DNA from: Bugula neritina | Taxonomy: Eukaryota; Animalia; Bryozoa | Length of the DNA stretch: 64,000 bases | Assembly: GCA_964035545.1 (NCBI GenBank) | Contig: OZ037765.1 | Location: 26,597,504-26,661,503, forward strand | Direction of reading: 5' to 3' | Shown here: one piece after another, positions 28,890 through 41,253 of the stretch | Layout: each line of letters opens with the position of its first letter | How positions within the stretch are numbered: the first letter of the stretch is position 1 | Position numbers and translations under genes: made by a program | The notes under the pieces: model-generated | Database searches by the model: none | Seen by the model: only the letters and a program-made list of their open reading frames with translations | What the model was told of the DNA's origin: nothing

Positions 28890-29917
28890 AGTTTGAAAGT
28901 TATTTTCATAATTCAAAGATGATCTAGCTCAAGAGGCTAAAGTACAACACTCCCAGGACAAGCAAGACGCTGCTAAAACTAATGACTTTTATGATGAAAG
29001 GACGGTAGAGGTACAGGCTTGTTTGCTGTATTCATAAAACATTTAGACTTTAGGGTGTATTAAACGTAGGCAGTGTTACGCTAGAAACATGTATGCTAGT
29101 TGTGTAATAATATTTTTTGGTGTTGAGTAGTAAAGCAATTACCCACATGTGACAGGATGTGTAAGGAATAATAATTTTGCAAAAATTTAACAATTACTAA
29201 TCACTCTGGTCTCTGCTGGTGAAGTTAATCTTGAGGACTTTCTTCTACCAATTATATTTTCAACATATATACTCACTACAAATCCGACATCTTCTATTGC
29301 AGCTAATTCAATGTTTATTTTTAATTTTGATCTCTAAAAACATTAACGCTTGCTGTAGATAGAAGATGATTTTGATAGTTTGGATACTGAAAAATTTGAG
29401 GGAATGGAAACAGAACCTGTTGCTACGGAGCCTATCAAGAAAGAGCTTCAGTTTGCAAAGGCTGGTTAGAGATTGCTAAATCCTTTGTTTTTTGGTATAT
29501 AAATTACTTGCAAATGGTGTTAATGAACCTACTGGGAAACTGGGCTAACTACTATATGAAAATAGGGCTATTAACTGGAATATTTATTTATTTCATAGTA
29601 ATGTTTATAGGTAGATGTGAAAATATTACTCTAGCTCAAGGTTGGTTTAAAGCCAACAATGACCTTTTGGGAGCTAGTTTCCCTATAGCAAGTAAGAAGG
29701 CATTAAAATTTAAAATCTTAGATGATAGACTCAAAGTTCATTATCTGACATATTTTATGGAGTGCCCTGCTCCACCAATTTTTACATTTAGCCATCTGAT
29801 CAAGAGCTTTAAAATTTATAGTAACAAAATAAAACTATAAATGGTGTTTATTTAATTTCTATAGTTTATTGGTAGAATGCCAGTAATGATGGTAATAGTA
29901 CAGAGCTTAATACTAAT
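28890..29917 (+). pseudogene. CCDC47: Truncated CCDC47 pseudogene (exons 2-4 plus the start of exon 5)
   Basis: Clear similarity to 36217-37350. No exon 1 found, +2 frameshift early in exon 2, exon 4 acceptor AG changed to TG (~29516), similarity stops inside exon 5 at ~29917. Confidence 0.88.
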
Positions 29918-30374
29918 ATCAGATCTAAATACTTGCATCATATCTATATAATATTTGCATCAGATCTAGACACTCAAAGATCATATATATCTAAATACTC
30001 ATGTCAAACCTAAATCATATTTAAATCCTTGAATTCATGTATAGATTTTCAGTATTTTTAAAATGTGTAAAAATACACTCCATGCAATTACTTATGACTC
30101 CTAACAGTTCACTAAAATTTATAACCACATAGCAACATTCATTCTAACATTGACTAGATAATGGCAAGAGTTTCCAAATTAAAGATTTCCTTCAAAGAAA
30201 ATAATACAAGTAGATTTAAACATATAATGTAATACTTGGATAGTAAATATAGAAAAGACAAATTGCTAAATTAAAAAAAAGTTTAAATAAAAATTGAAGT
30301 TATATCTGTGGATGTACAAGAAAATCATCTCACTGTGATATATAGTGTTGAGCTTAACTGGAGTCAGTACCATA

Positions 30375-33300
30375 TTACTGATTTCTATAGCCAGCCCAGC
30401 TGTTCTTCAAGTTGTCAAACTTAAGAACCCAGGCATCCTTACAGGGCATCTTGCTAGGAGGGATAAACGGGAATGTAATCTGAACAGCAGAGCCTACTGT
30501 TTGATACTTCAGGGGCGTATCATAGCCTATAATCTTTATTTCAGAGTTGGTGGCCACAATGGGGGCACCCAGCTTCAACATGTTGTTTTCAGGCCAACTC
30601 AGAACAAATGCATACACACTGTAACCTGAAGTTGAGGTTGTTGATTTCTTTTGGGTATACCTAAAGTAAAAAATGAATGTGAGAAAATTTGATTTTTTTT
30701 TTTTTTTTTTTTTTTTTATAAAGATAATGTGGGTTTTATAATTCAGTCCGTCTTCTAGAAAACTTCATTGACTTTGGTTAGAAGATGACAACATTTCGCA
30801 CCATTACAAATTCAATCTTTTCTCTATATATCTGGGATGACCATTTAATTATCTTACCATATGCCTGGGGTAACTGTATCATTCTGATACACCCACGGCT
30901 GGCTGGCATAAACTGCTTCCCCATTTACATCAAGCCAAGCTCCCATTTGAGTTAATCTTTCTTCAAATATGGGAATTATGCGCCCATCATGTGTTGGGCC
31001 TACATTTACCAACAGGTTTCCTCCACAGCTACATAAATATACAGCAAAATTACATGTTAGTGTTTAATTCAAAAGCAGCAACTGTTATTACAGCTTATAC
31101 AGCGTGCAATGGACTAAACAGATTCAGTGGGAACAGCAAACAAGGTAATAATTGAGGCTGTATGTCTTATTTATATACGAAAATAGATCATACCTGCACT
31201 GAATTGATAACAAATCAAATTGTGCTCTATTAGCCATAGTACTAGAAATCTAGTTGGCAGCGTAAAGGTTAGACTGTGAATTCTGCCTCCAATGAACATA
31301 GAGCTTTCTTTAATTATGCAAAAATATGTATGGGATTAAACTCAATTTTCTTACCTGATGGTTTCAGCCAAAGTAGTAAGAAGTTCTGACATAGTGAGGA
31401 AATCATTTATATCAACATTCCTACGGTAGCCCCATGAGCCTCTGTCAATAGTCATGGCATTCTCCCACTTGTGTGTCTGCAGCACACCTGGGTTGTATCT
31501 AAGGAAATAGTAAAAGTTAGATGCAAGTGAAGTAGCTAATATCACTAGTTGCTTACAAACTTCATAGGACTATCAACTTTCGAGATGATGTAACATTGCT
31601 TACTGGTAGTATCTGCAAGCACCTTCACAACCAATGCCAGCAATAGTTTTAAATATACTTGAATTTTGTACAAGTATTTACTGATTGTACTTTGAATTTT
31701 GGGGCAGTGGCCATTTTTCTATCAGTTTATCTTATTGCATAACAAATTGTAGTTATTGGAGGAAAATTATGCGAAAAGGAGCAATATTTCAATAAAGTCA
31801 CACACAATAAGTATAGCTCTTATTTAAGATTTACTCAGATCAGCAGTTTCTAATATTTCTAGCAAAAACCTTGTATTTTATTAGTTTTAAAACCCTCAAT
31901 TTAACTTTTCTGTAACTTTCCAATCTCAAAAATATGTCATCAGATGCACAAAAATAGCAGCAACAAAAAATCAAAAAGGCAAAATCTGAGTATTATGCAG
32001 TAATTGCTCAAAAACAAAGTGCTATACTAGTATTTTGATTAAAATAAAACCGCAAATAATCTTTTAGATAGAGAACCACTGACCTTAATATCAAAATAAA
32101 ATATCTGTCGTTGCATGTGAAACAAACCCCCAAAATTAAAATAAAAATAAAATGCAATAGATACATATAAATATCAGTATAAGAATACCTGTCATCACAT
32201 GTGAAGTAACCTCCATGCTTACAGCGACAATTGGAACCCCAACGATCATTAACCACAACGGTGTCCTTAACAGGGCTACCAACAAAAGTAAAACGTAGCT
32301 ACCTAGTAATATATTAACATATATGTATGCGTGTGTGTATATATATATATATGCATTAGCCACAATGTCTTAACAAAGTAGGTACAGACAAGAAAACATA
32401 AGTAATTTTTTGAAGTGTACACAAATTTAGGTTGATATATTAATTAAATTATGTTGAAATTACCATGATACTAAAATCATTAAGTGTTGGATGACATTTA
32501 ATATGTCATCCAACAAACTAAAAACATGAATCAAATTCTCAACAGCTGGAATACTCAATACCTTTCGTTGTAAAGCCATGCCAGAAACTCTTTGGCAGTC
32601 CAATAGTCATCATTGGCTTCCCAATCCCCATCTGACCAAATAACTTCTGGTTTATATGTGTTCACAAGTTCATGCAGCTCGGGTATAGACTTGGCCTGTT
32701 CAGGCGATTCACATACAGTGTTTAGTACTAGCAACAATAAACACATAGAAAATAGCATGTGCAATTTAAGTTGTGTAACAGCTTACATGAGGAAATATTT
32801 GAGTTTGAAAGTTCTTCTTTTTATCCATAACATAGAAAGGGTTATACCATTCCAACAGCGAATGATAGAGACCAAAAGTGATATTAGTCCTTGCACGAAT
32901 GGCCTGTGCCAATTCTCCTAAAAATAGCAACTTGATGGATATAATCTTGATGATAGTTGATATTGTTTACAGATTGTTAAACAGCACAAGTGGAACTTGA
33001 AAGTTCTGCTAAATAAACATACCAACAAGATCTTTATGAGGTCCAACTGCAACTGAGTTCCAGTTGAAAGACACATTTGTAGCCCAGTTACAGTAACCTT
33101 CATGATGTTTACTTGTCAGAACTAAGTATCTAAAAGAAGACATTGCATGCGTTTTACATGAAATGTAGGGAAGATAAACCATGTCTGCTTACGACTTGCG
33201 AGTAGAAAACAGCATTAGTTGAATCGTCCAAAAGTAAATTTATTTTATGATTACAGGCTTAGCCTGAGTTCTACTTTGAAAAAACATGTAAAACTTATAT

Positions 33301-33861
33301 TGAATATATTTACAGTTATAGTTTATAAACAAATGAAATATAATTAAAATACATTAATTTGGTGTGCCCTTATAAATATTATTTTCCCTGAAAACATAAA
33401 CAAGCCTAACAAAATTTTGGCTAAAATTGAAATTAAACTTACTTTGCACCAGCTTTCTTAAAAAGATCTGCCCAATGGTTAGGGTCAAAGAGTTCCGCTG
33501 TGAACATAGGTCCAAAGTCAGCATATGTAAAGCCAGGTTTGTAGTTAGCACGCATGAACTCTCTGTATGATGAGTTCGGTGCTGAAGATTGCCAGTTATA
33601 CCAAAACCACTCATTTCCAAAACTTGGAACAGAAAATACACCCCAATGTAGAAAGATTCCTATCTTTGCGTCATCATACCATGATGGCAGTGGTCGAGCA
33701 TCTAGAGATTCCCATGTTGGGTCATATTTTACATCACCATATTTCCCTTTAGCAGGAGAAGCAGCCACAAAGTAAAGTAGTGCAAAAGCTACTGAGAGAG
33801 ATCTTAGGCTGAAAATTGATCCAAGCTCAAGTCCAGTCTGATAATGCACACCCAATGCCAT
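30375..33861 (-). CDS. FUCA: Alpha-L-fucosidase (GH29), copy B, apparently intact
   Basis: Same exon structure and motifs as copy A with few substitutions (WSDGDW vs WSDGEW; C-terminus WAGYRNQ vs WGDYRNQ). ATG at 33861. Confidence 0.95.
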
Positions 33862-34701
33862 GGTGATGGTATTGATAGCTATAATTATCAATTATAATAA
33901 TTATTCATTATTATATTAAAACATATATTTATAATTATATAAACATAATATTAATAATAATGTAAATACTAATAGTAATACTAATAGTAATAGCAATAGG
34001 AAGTTGGCAAGATGAAGATCAAAATTTCAAAATGATAATCTCATAGTGATAGTCATACTTAGTCTCAGTATAACTGTAAGTATAAGTATAACTACAACTA
34101 CAGGTATAACTATAACGATAAGTATAAGTATAACCAGCAGCTTAAACCTAAACTTAAAGGATTACAGTGATACTTATAGTTATTGTTAATGTTAGTGTTA
34201 ATGTTAATGTTAGTATTACTGATCACACACAGACAGGCTAGTTAGCCTGTTGAGTTAATCTGCACAAGAATGTTAACACTTTTTAGATTACTGTCCAAGT
34301 ACTGACAACTTAGTTTTTTATGTGAGGCACACCCCTTCTTCCCTCTAGGGAGGTCCAGTGTGGAAATAACATCGACAGGTATCGACAGGTATTGTTAGTG
34401 TTACTCTTACTCTTAGTCTTACAGTTAGTGAGTTACACTTACACTCACACTGTCACTGTGACTTACAGTGAATTTCAATTAGGAGAATTGGAAGGTTTTT
34501 ACAAAATCAATATGAATATCAAAATTTCTTGCACATTATCAATACAAAATAGTATATTGTAAATAGACGTACAACCACAACGTTAGTAACTGTAATACTG
34601 ATAGTAATACAATACTTACAACTCAACGGTAATACTAATAATAACAAAACTCACGCAAGTTTACTGGTAATAACAATAAATACAACATAAATATTACAGT
34701 A

Positions 34702-34853
34702 GTTCTATAAACAGCTTGGAGTTGGGGGTGATTGAGTGCATTAGTTTGTGGTTCCTGAGTGTTGAGTTGGGGGTTTCAATGAACCCCAGCTTTAAACTCG
34801 GAATCGCAAATTACTATACTCGGTTAGCCCTAACTTGAATTTGCTTATAAAAC
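34702..34853 (+). repeat. Long imperfect hairpin element, copy 1
   Basis: ~70-bp arms; similar to 41734-41876. Confidence 0.85.
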
Positions 34854-34859
34854 CATTCT

Positions 34860-35271
34860 AAACATTTGTTTGCATAATACTAGCCTAGCTAATTGACTAA
34901 TATTATGCCAGAATGAAATTAAAAATTTTACAATTATTATAGGTTTGTTGAACAGACTAAATTAGTCAAAATTGCGAAAAGCAGCACAAAGTTGGGAATC
35001 ACAGAAGGTAGCATCTGCATGCAAATGCATAAATCTCCGACCACCAAACTCTATATTATACATCAACTACTGCCCTCAGTGCTTACCTCCTTTATGCTGC
35101 TTTAAGCGTTATCCTAAATCAGTTCTATTTTACGACATTACAGCCCTATCTTGATTTTGGTCTATTTTTATTCAATTTCTAACGGCAGCAAAACTTTTTT
35201 CTTCTCATTCTCTCAAGGCTGATCTCTACCACTGTACCAGTATAAATATTTTTAGTTGATTATTATTGCCA
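34860..35271. promoter_or_regulatory. Probable bidirectional promoter (FUCA-B / CCDC47)
   Basis: Head-to-head ATGs 1.4 kb apart; higher-complexity core flanked by low-complexity tracts. Confidence 0.5.
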
Positions 35272-38200
35272 ATGAAAATGAAGTGGCAATGGTTAATTTT
35301 GGTTTCTTTATGCGTAGCGCTTATTGCTCCGCACAGTGACGATAATGATTTTGCAGAGTTTGATGAAGAAGGTAGGTGAACTTGAAGTACTAGTAGTAGT
35401 ACTAGTACTACTAGTACTAGGTCTAGTAGGCCCTAAAACTCAGTATCATTATGACTATGAGTAAGGGTAAATCACTAATGACTGGAATATGTAATTGTAA
35501 AACTAAAAGTAATTGTAATACTCTACTGATAGTGATTGTGTTTTAAAAATACTAATTTTAAATTTAATTTATCACATTTTCATTTTAACTTACAGTTACT
35601 AATAGTAATACTAATACAGTAATAGTGTAATACTTATACTAATAGTGTAATACTTATACTAATACTAATACTATAATTATAAATTAGTATTACGGAATGA
35701 GGGAATAAGTATAATTGCAATTAATAAATTATAATAGCATTAGCTAAGGCAGCTATATTATTTATAATAATTTAAAAACTATATATATAATTATAATATT
35801 AATAAATTTAAACTTAAAGTTAAAAGTTGAACTTATTTTAGTTTTAAGCTTTCTGTTTTAAGCCAATGTGAATGTTAAACTTAAAGGTAAACTGTAAACG
35901 TCCATCACTCGAACCATTGCCGCTTTGACTCTCACCTGGCTGTTGCATATACAGTGATAATGGTAGTGCGTCAGCAATTTAAATTTAAAACTGTGATTAG
36001 GTGCTTTTTCTAAGATGTTTTAAAATGAAAGGTTATACTTTGTGTTTATTTAATTTAGATCTAGGTTATTCTTTGCATATGTAATACAATGTTGTGACAC
36101 TCCCAACTTCTAATTCATGACTTGTACATTATAATGTATGATATAAATATGTACTTCAGTGAATTGCTATTTCTTATTTTAAGTAGAGCCAACAAGTAGT
36201 TTGCCTTTGCTTGCAGAGTTTGAGACTTCACCTGAATTTGAAGATGATCAACCTCAAGAAGCTGAAGTACAACAATCCCAGGACAAGCAAGACGCAGCTG
36301 AAACTAATGACTTTTATGATGAAGGAACTGTGGAGGTAATGGCTTGTTTGCTGCGCCTATAAAGTATTAATAATATAAAATTGGTTTGGTATTGTTCTAT
36401 TAGAGACACCTTACAATCGCTTTTACCAATAACGGTGTTGAGTTGCAATTTAGTAACCCGTTTGTGTCTGGGTGTGCCAGGACTAATGATCTGGTAGAAT
36501 TAAGTAATTACCAACAACTCTGCTGATGAAGCTGTATCTTCAGTACTTTCTTTTGACAATTGTTTATGGGATTCATTACAGCTAGTTTAAGATAAGTTGG
36601 GCATGTTTTTGTCTTCTTTATTTTGAAAACGAATTTGTTCTGTTATGTAGTTTTATCTCTGAATGCACCACTGGTTTTATACAGGTAGAAGATGATTTTG
36701 ATAGCTTTGATGCTGAAGAATTTGAGGGAATGGAAACAGAACCTGTTGCTACGGAGCCTATCAAGGAAGAGCTTCGGTTTGCAAAGGCTAGCATTAATTT
36801 CTTATAATCTTTATTGATTTAGATTGCTAGACCATTTGTGTTTGATATTCAAACTATTTTACATTTATGTGATTGGTTTTAATTTATTTTTAAGGTGCCA
36901 ATGAACTTACGGAGAGACTGGGCTAACTACTATGTGGAAATGGTGCTATTAACAGGAATGTTTATTTATTTCATAGCAATGTTAGTAGGTCGCTCTAAAA
37001 ATACTACTTTAGCTCAAGCTTGGTTTAAAGCTAACAAGGATCTTTTGGAAGCAAGTTTTTCTATAGTAGGTAAGAATATATCAAACAACTCAAAGTTCAA
37101 TGTCCGACATATTTTGATAGATCTCTCTTCTTAATTGTTTTATTTAGCTATTAATTGAAATTCTTTGGTAATCTATTTCATTTGGTGATTTGTCATTTTT
37201 ATGAAAAGTCTTTGTTGTTTACTTTGACCTCATCATCAAAACAATATGTGAGATTCTAAGAATAAAATAGAATGGTTAATATTTGAAGTTTCTCTAGTTA
37301 ATTGATGCTGTGTAGGTGATGATGGTAATGGCACAGAGCCCAATACTAATGTACTTATGAAGCACTCAGACCACACTTATGTGATGTGGTGCTCCGGGAG
37401 AATTGGCATGGAGGGTATGCTGGTTCAGTTGAGGATGGTGAAGAGACAAGATCTGGTCAACTTTCTGCAGCGCATGGTGAAACCCATGTCTGATCAGATA
37501 GTAAGCTCTATGTATTACTCATATGTATTACTCATATGTATTACTCATATGTATTACTCATATGTATTACTCATATGTATTACTCATATGTATTACTCAT
37601 ATGTATTACTCATATGTATTACTCATATGTATTACTCATATGTATTACTCATATGTATTACTCATATGTATTACTCATATGTATTACTCATATGTATTAC
37701 TCATATGTATTACTCATATGTATTACTCATATGTATTACTCATATGTATTACGCATATGTATTACTCATATGTATTACTCATATGTATTACTCATATGTA
37801 TTACTCATATGTATTACTCATATGTATTACTCATATGTATTACGCATATGTATTACTCATATGTATTACTCCTGTTATTTTGTGACAAGTCACTTGACAT
37901 TTTTAGAATCGGTAATTTTGCATTTTGAATAAAAATAAATTGCATTTTCATGGTCAGACAGACAACACCCTACTCAAATAAATCTCACAGTTGCTCGTAA
38001 GTAATCTCCCCATGCTCCTATATAACGAGTATAGTAATAAGAAGATAATGAAAAACAAATGATTTAGTCATAAAAAACAGATTTTTGTTCACTTGGTGAG
38101 TCATTGGTTTCTCCCAGTAAATCAGTATGAGTTACAGTTGTTCCATATTGCTGTGTAATAATGTTCTAAATGTGAATAAGAGTGATTCAATATAACCTAT

Positions 38201-41200
38201 ATGTTTTAGGTAATACAAATTAGAATGGAGAAAGATGACATGGAAAATTTTGTGTTCTGTCTAGCACAAAAAAAATCTGCTGTTAAATTGCATAAAGAGA
38301 TGGAAGATTTAGTATGTACATCATAGCCATGACGATTTATTCTATACTTTAAAAATACTTCAATTAGCATGTATACCAGTTGCTAGTAATTTTAATTTGA
38401 TGGCTCTGTAATACTTCAAAGTGTTTTTAATAACGAGTGTAAATAAGCTGGTAGAATCAACGATAACACATTATCTTATCTATTATTATAGGGTAGATAT
38501 ATAGAAAGTAAAAAGAAAGTGGAGGAGTATGGAATTTCAGATTCTTACCAGGTGCTTAGTGAGTTTGGTGAAGTTACCAAAACTTTTCTCTCCGATTCAA
38601 AGGTAAATGTCTTGTCAGTGTGGCATCACAGCATTTAGCGTAGGGCCACACGACGCGTTTTACATGTTCGTGACGCGCGAGAAAACCTGTACCCGTATAG
38701 ACCTGCCACACACAGTGCGTGTGTTGCGAGTGCAAAATTTTTTTAGCTAATGATGTTAGTGTTAAACTTTACTGCTCGCCTACAGACGTTAGTTTATAAA
38801 ACTACGTCATCGGCAAAGTGACTTTAGATATTATAAAAGCGGAAATGCAAATTATATAAAACTGTTTTAATTCAGTTCGCTAAAATGTGAATTGAAATAA
38901 AAAAAATGTGCTTGCTAAATGATAATGAGCCAATTAGATCAAACAAGCACGAGCTTGCCGCACTTCTCACTCAGCATGTTAGACACGTGAAAATCCGCAC
39001 GCAACGTCTTATTTTTGGGCTAAACGTGTGGCCCTACGCTTAGTCTAAATCTTCCGTTATGTTTGTCCGTATAATGTAATTTTATTTGTTGCTTTTCTAT
39101 TAGCACTGCAATTTCAATGAACATATTTCACAGGTGCTAGCATTTCTCCGGCATTATGAAGGAGTCTTAGAATTCATGCATTTCTCAGATCAATTTTCAG
39201 GCCCAAAGCCAATGGAGTAAGTTCTCAATACGATTATGTATTTACACAATCATGTTGTTTGGTTGCTAGGATAAAGTGACATTAGAAACCATGCAGTTTG
39301 TCCAACTTATTGGATTTGTAATCTTGCTGTTTAGGCATTATGCGCAATATGCTAGAGTTTTGTAATACTACATAATGCACAAGATATTTATAAATAGCAT
39401 TGCTTACACGCTATAAAGTTGAAATTAGCACAATTTTGTTACAGTCTATCCACTGATTATATAATGTCTACAATAATAAAACATGTAAAGTAGATGTAAA
39501 TATGGATGACGGGAAGTTATAGTCGGTATAAAGAAGAGGATTCTTTAGAATTCTAAATCTTTGCGTGCTAATTATTCTTGAACTGCTCTTTTATATAACA
39601 CAGGTTTTGATGCTATACTACTAACAATTTTCAATTTTATGTTTATATTTAGATATGATAGATTTATTAGGTAAGGTATTTGGTCTTGCCTCTTGTGCAG
39701 CGATTTTCACATTTCTCGCATGTCGTGCTCACTCCCAAATCTTTGTATCTTTTTAGTGAGAATGAACAAAAGAAACTGCCCGACACGTCCAAGGCTCTCA
39801 CTTTTTGTTTTAACTGTGAGTAGCAATGAGGATTTTTGAATATTTAGTTTATAGTTTGATGGTATGAAAGTACAGTTCAAATGTTTTAATTATTTGCAAT
39901 TGTAAATTTGTTAGAAAATGGTGAAATTAATTTCCTAACTCAGTTTTTTAAAGATATTTAAATGAATATAAAACTAAAATTGGCTCAGAACCACTTTCAT
40001 GCTGTTATTAGTTAAATTATTTATTAATAATGTATAGTAGTTTTAGATTTGCGTTTACGATAGTAGCTCCTTCGCCTTTGAATTGGGGTCTTATTTCAGT
40101 AACTTCATTATTATTATTATTTAAACTCTTCTAATTACAATTTTAGTCAAGAGTTGAAATGTGTTGCAATATATTATAAATTTGAGCACAAATATTTTGG
40201 AGTTGTTTCCTTTGTTGAGTTGGTAGTATTTTTTCATGTTAGGCAATGTTCATGTTGTGAGTTGCTTACCCATAGCCACTTGTAATATTGTTGTAGTGGG
40301 TAAAAAAGGCAACACCTCTAGTCAAGACCTTCCACCAACCACCGAGTGGACCAAGTTTGCTCTTTACTGCGCTGAAAAATGCAGGAAGTATCGTCTAAGC
40401 CGAGAGGTTCGTTGAAGTTTTACTGTGGATATCTATCTTACAGTGACATTGCTTTATTAGAGAGAGTGCTATGTTATGTAGATGTAAAGTTTTATATTTA
40501 GTCTGTAGCTTTATAAAAAACTTATTATTTGTATCATATTTGATTTCCTTATGATATGGTGTCACAAATGCCCCTTACTAACTTGTTTTCAAATTAGGGC
40601 AAGGCTAGGTCTGATAAGAACAGGCTAAAAATGCAAGAGGAATATGCAAAGCTGGCTCATCAACATCGAACAGAATTGGCCCAGCAGCGCCGCGAGGAAA
40701 AGCTGAAAGCTGAGACAGAACGTTATATGAATGAGGACGATCCTGTCAAAGCTAGAAAGCTGGAGGTATAATACTTGCATTTGAAAACAATTTCTCAACA
40801 TTTAGTCATTCAATTTTTGAATGCCTATTTTCTATTTAGGAGGTGTGTAAATGGTTGAACCATTTTACTCTTGAAGATATAAAATTAACGTTGTTATTAG
40901 CGTCGAGACCAACAATTTTTTTTTTATTTGGGTATTGGTGATAGTAAAACTAGAATATGAAATTTTGCATTTTCTAAACATCTTTTTGTTGAGCAAAACA
41001 CAATTCTCAGGGAGCGTTTGGCCAGGGAATTGCTCTATACTAGATTTTTGTTGCCTCACTGCATCAAGCAGTATTTAATTAGAAGAAAAAATACCACTGT
41101 TGAAATTTTATAGAGTGAAATTACTTGTAGCACGGTTTACCCCCTTGCTATGGATTTTAATTTTAGTGATTTCAATTTTAGGAAAAGCGGCAGAAAAAAG

Positions 41201-41253
41201 ACCAAGCTCGCAAACTTTCCAAAATGAAAGCTGTGAAGATAAAATCTTCTTAG
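35272..41253 (+). CDS. CCDC47: CCDC47 (calumin, PAT complex subunit), ~12 exons
   Basis: Signal peptide then acidic DDNDFAEFDEE; VPMNLRRDWANYY + TM helix + GRSKN..LAQAW; MWCSGR..EGMLVQL..KRQDL; HFSDQFSGPK; C-terminal charged coiled coil ending KMKAVKIKSS. TAG at 41251-41253. Confidence 0.93.
36787..36894 (+). other. GC-AG intron in CCDC47
   Basis: FAK|VPM junction requires AAG|GCTAGC...TAAG|GTG; read-through hits TAA before any GT. Confidence 0.75.
37509..37871. repeat. 13-bp minisatellite (TATGTATTACTCA) x ~28
   Basis: Near-perfect array with two TTACGCA variants; starts 8 nt after the CCDC47 exon 5 donor at 37501. Confidence 0.97.
38638..39039. mobile_element. 402-bp MITE, PIF/Harbinger (Tourist-like) type, in a CCDC47 intron
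   Basis: Perfect 15-bp TIR GCGTAGGGCCACACG / CGTGTGGCCCTACGC, TTA on both flanks (38635-38637, 39040-39042), CpG-rich interior, no long ORF. Confidence 0.85.
39653..39670 (+). other. Candidate 18-nt in-frame microexon of CCDC47
   Basis: CTAAC branch point, T-rich tract, AG|ATATGATAGATTTATTAG|GTAAGG; phase 2-2 matches the flanking exons. Confidence 0.65.

Noticed and set aside
30693-30716. Long poly-T run in a FUCA-B intron as a retroposon tail
   Set aside because: No element body or TSD recognisable; likely slippage.
37523-37932. ORFs with repeated MYYSYVLLICITH
   Set aside because: Translation of a stop-free 13-bp intronic minisatellite.
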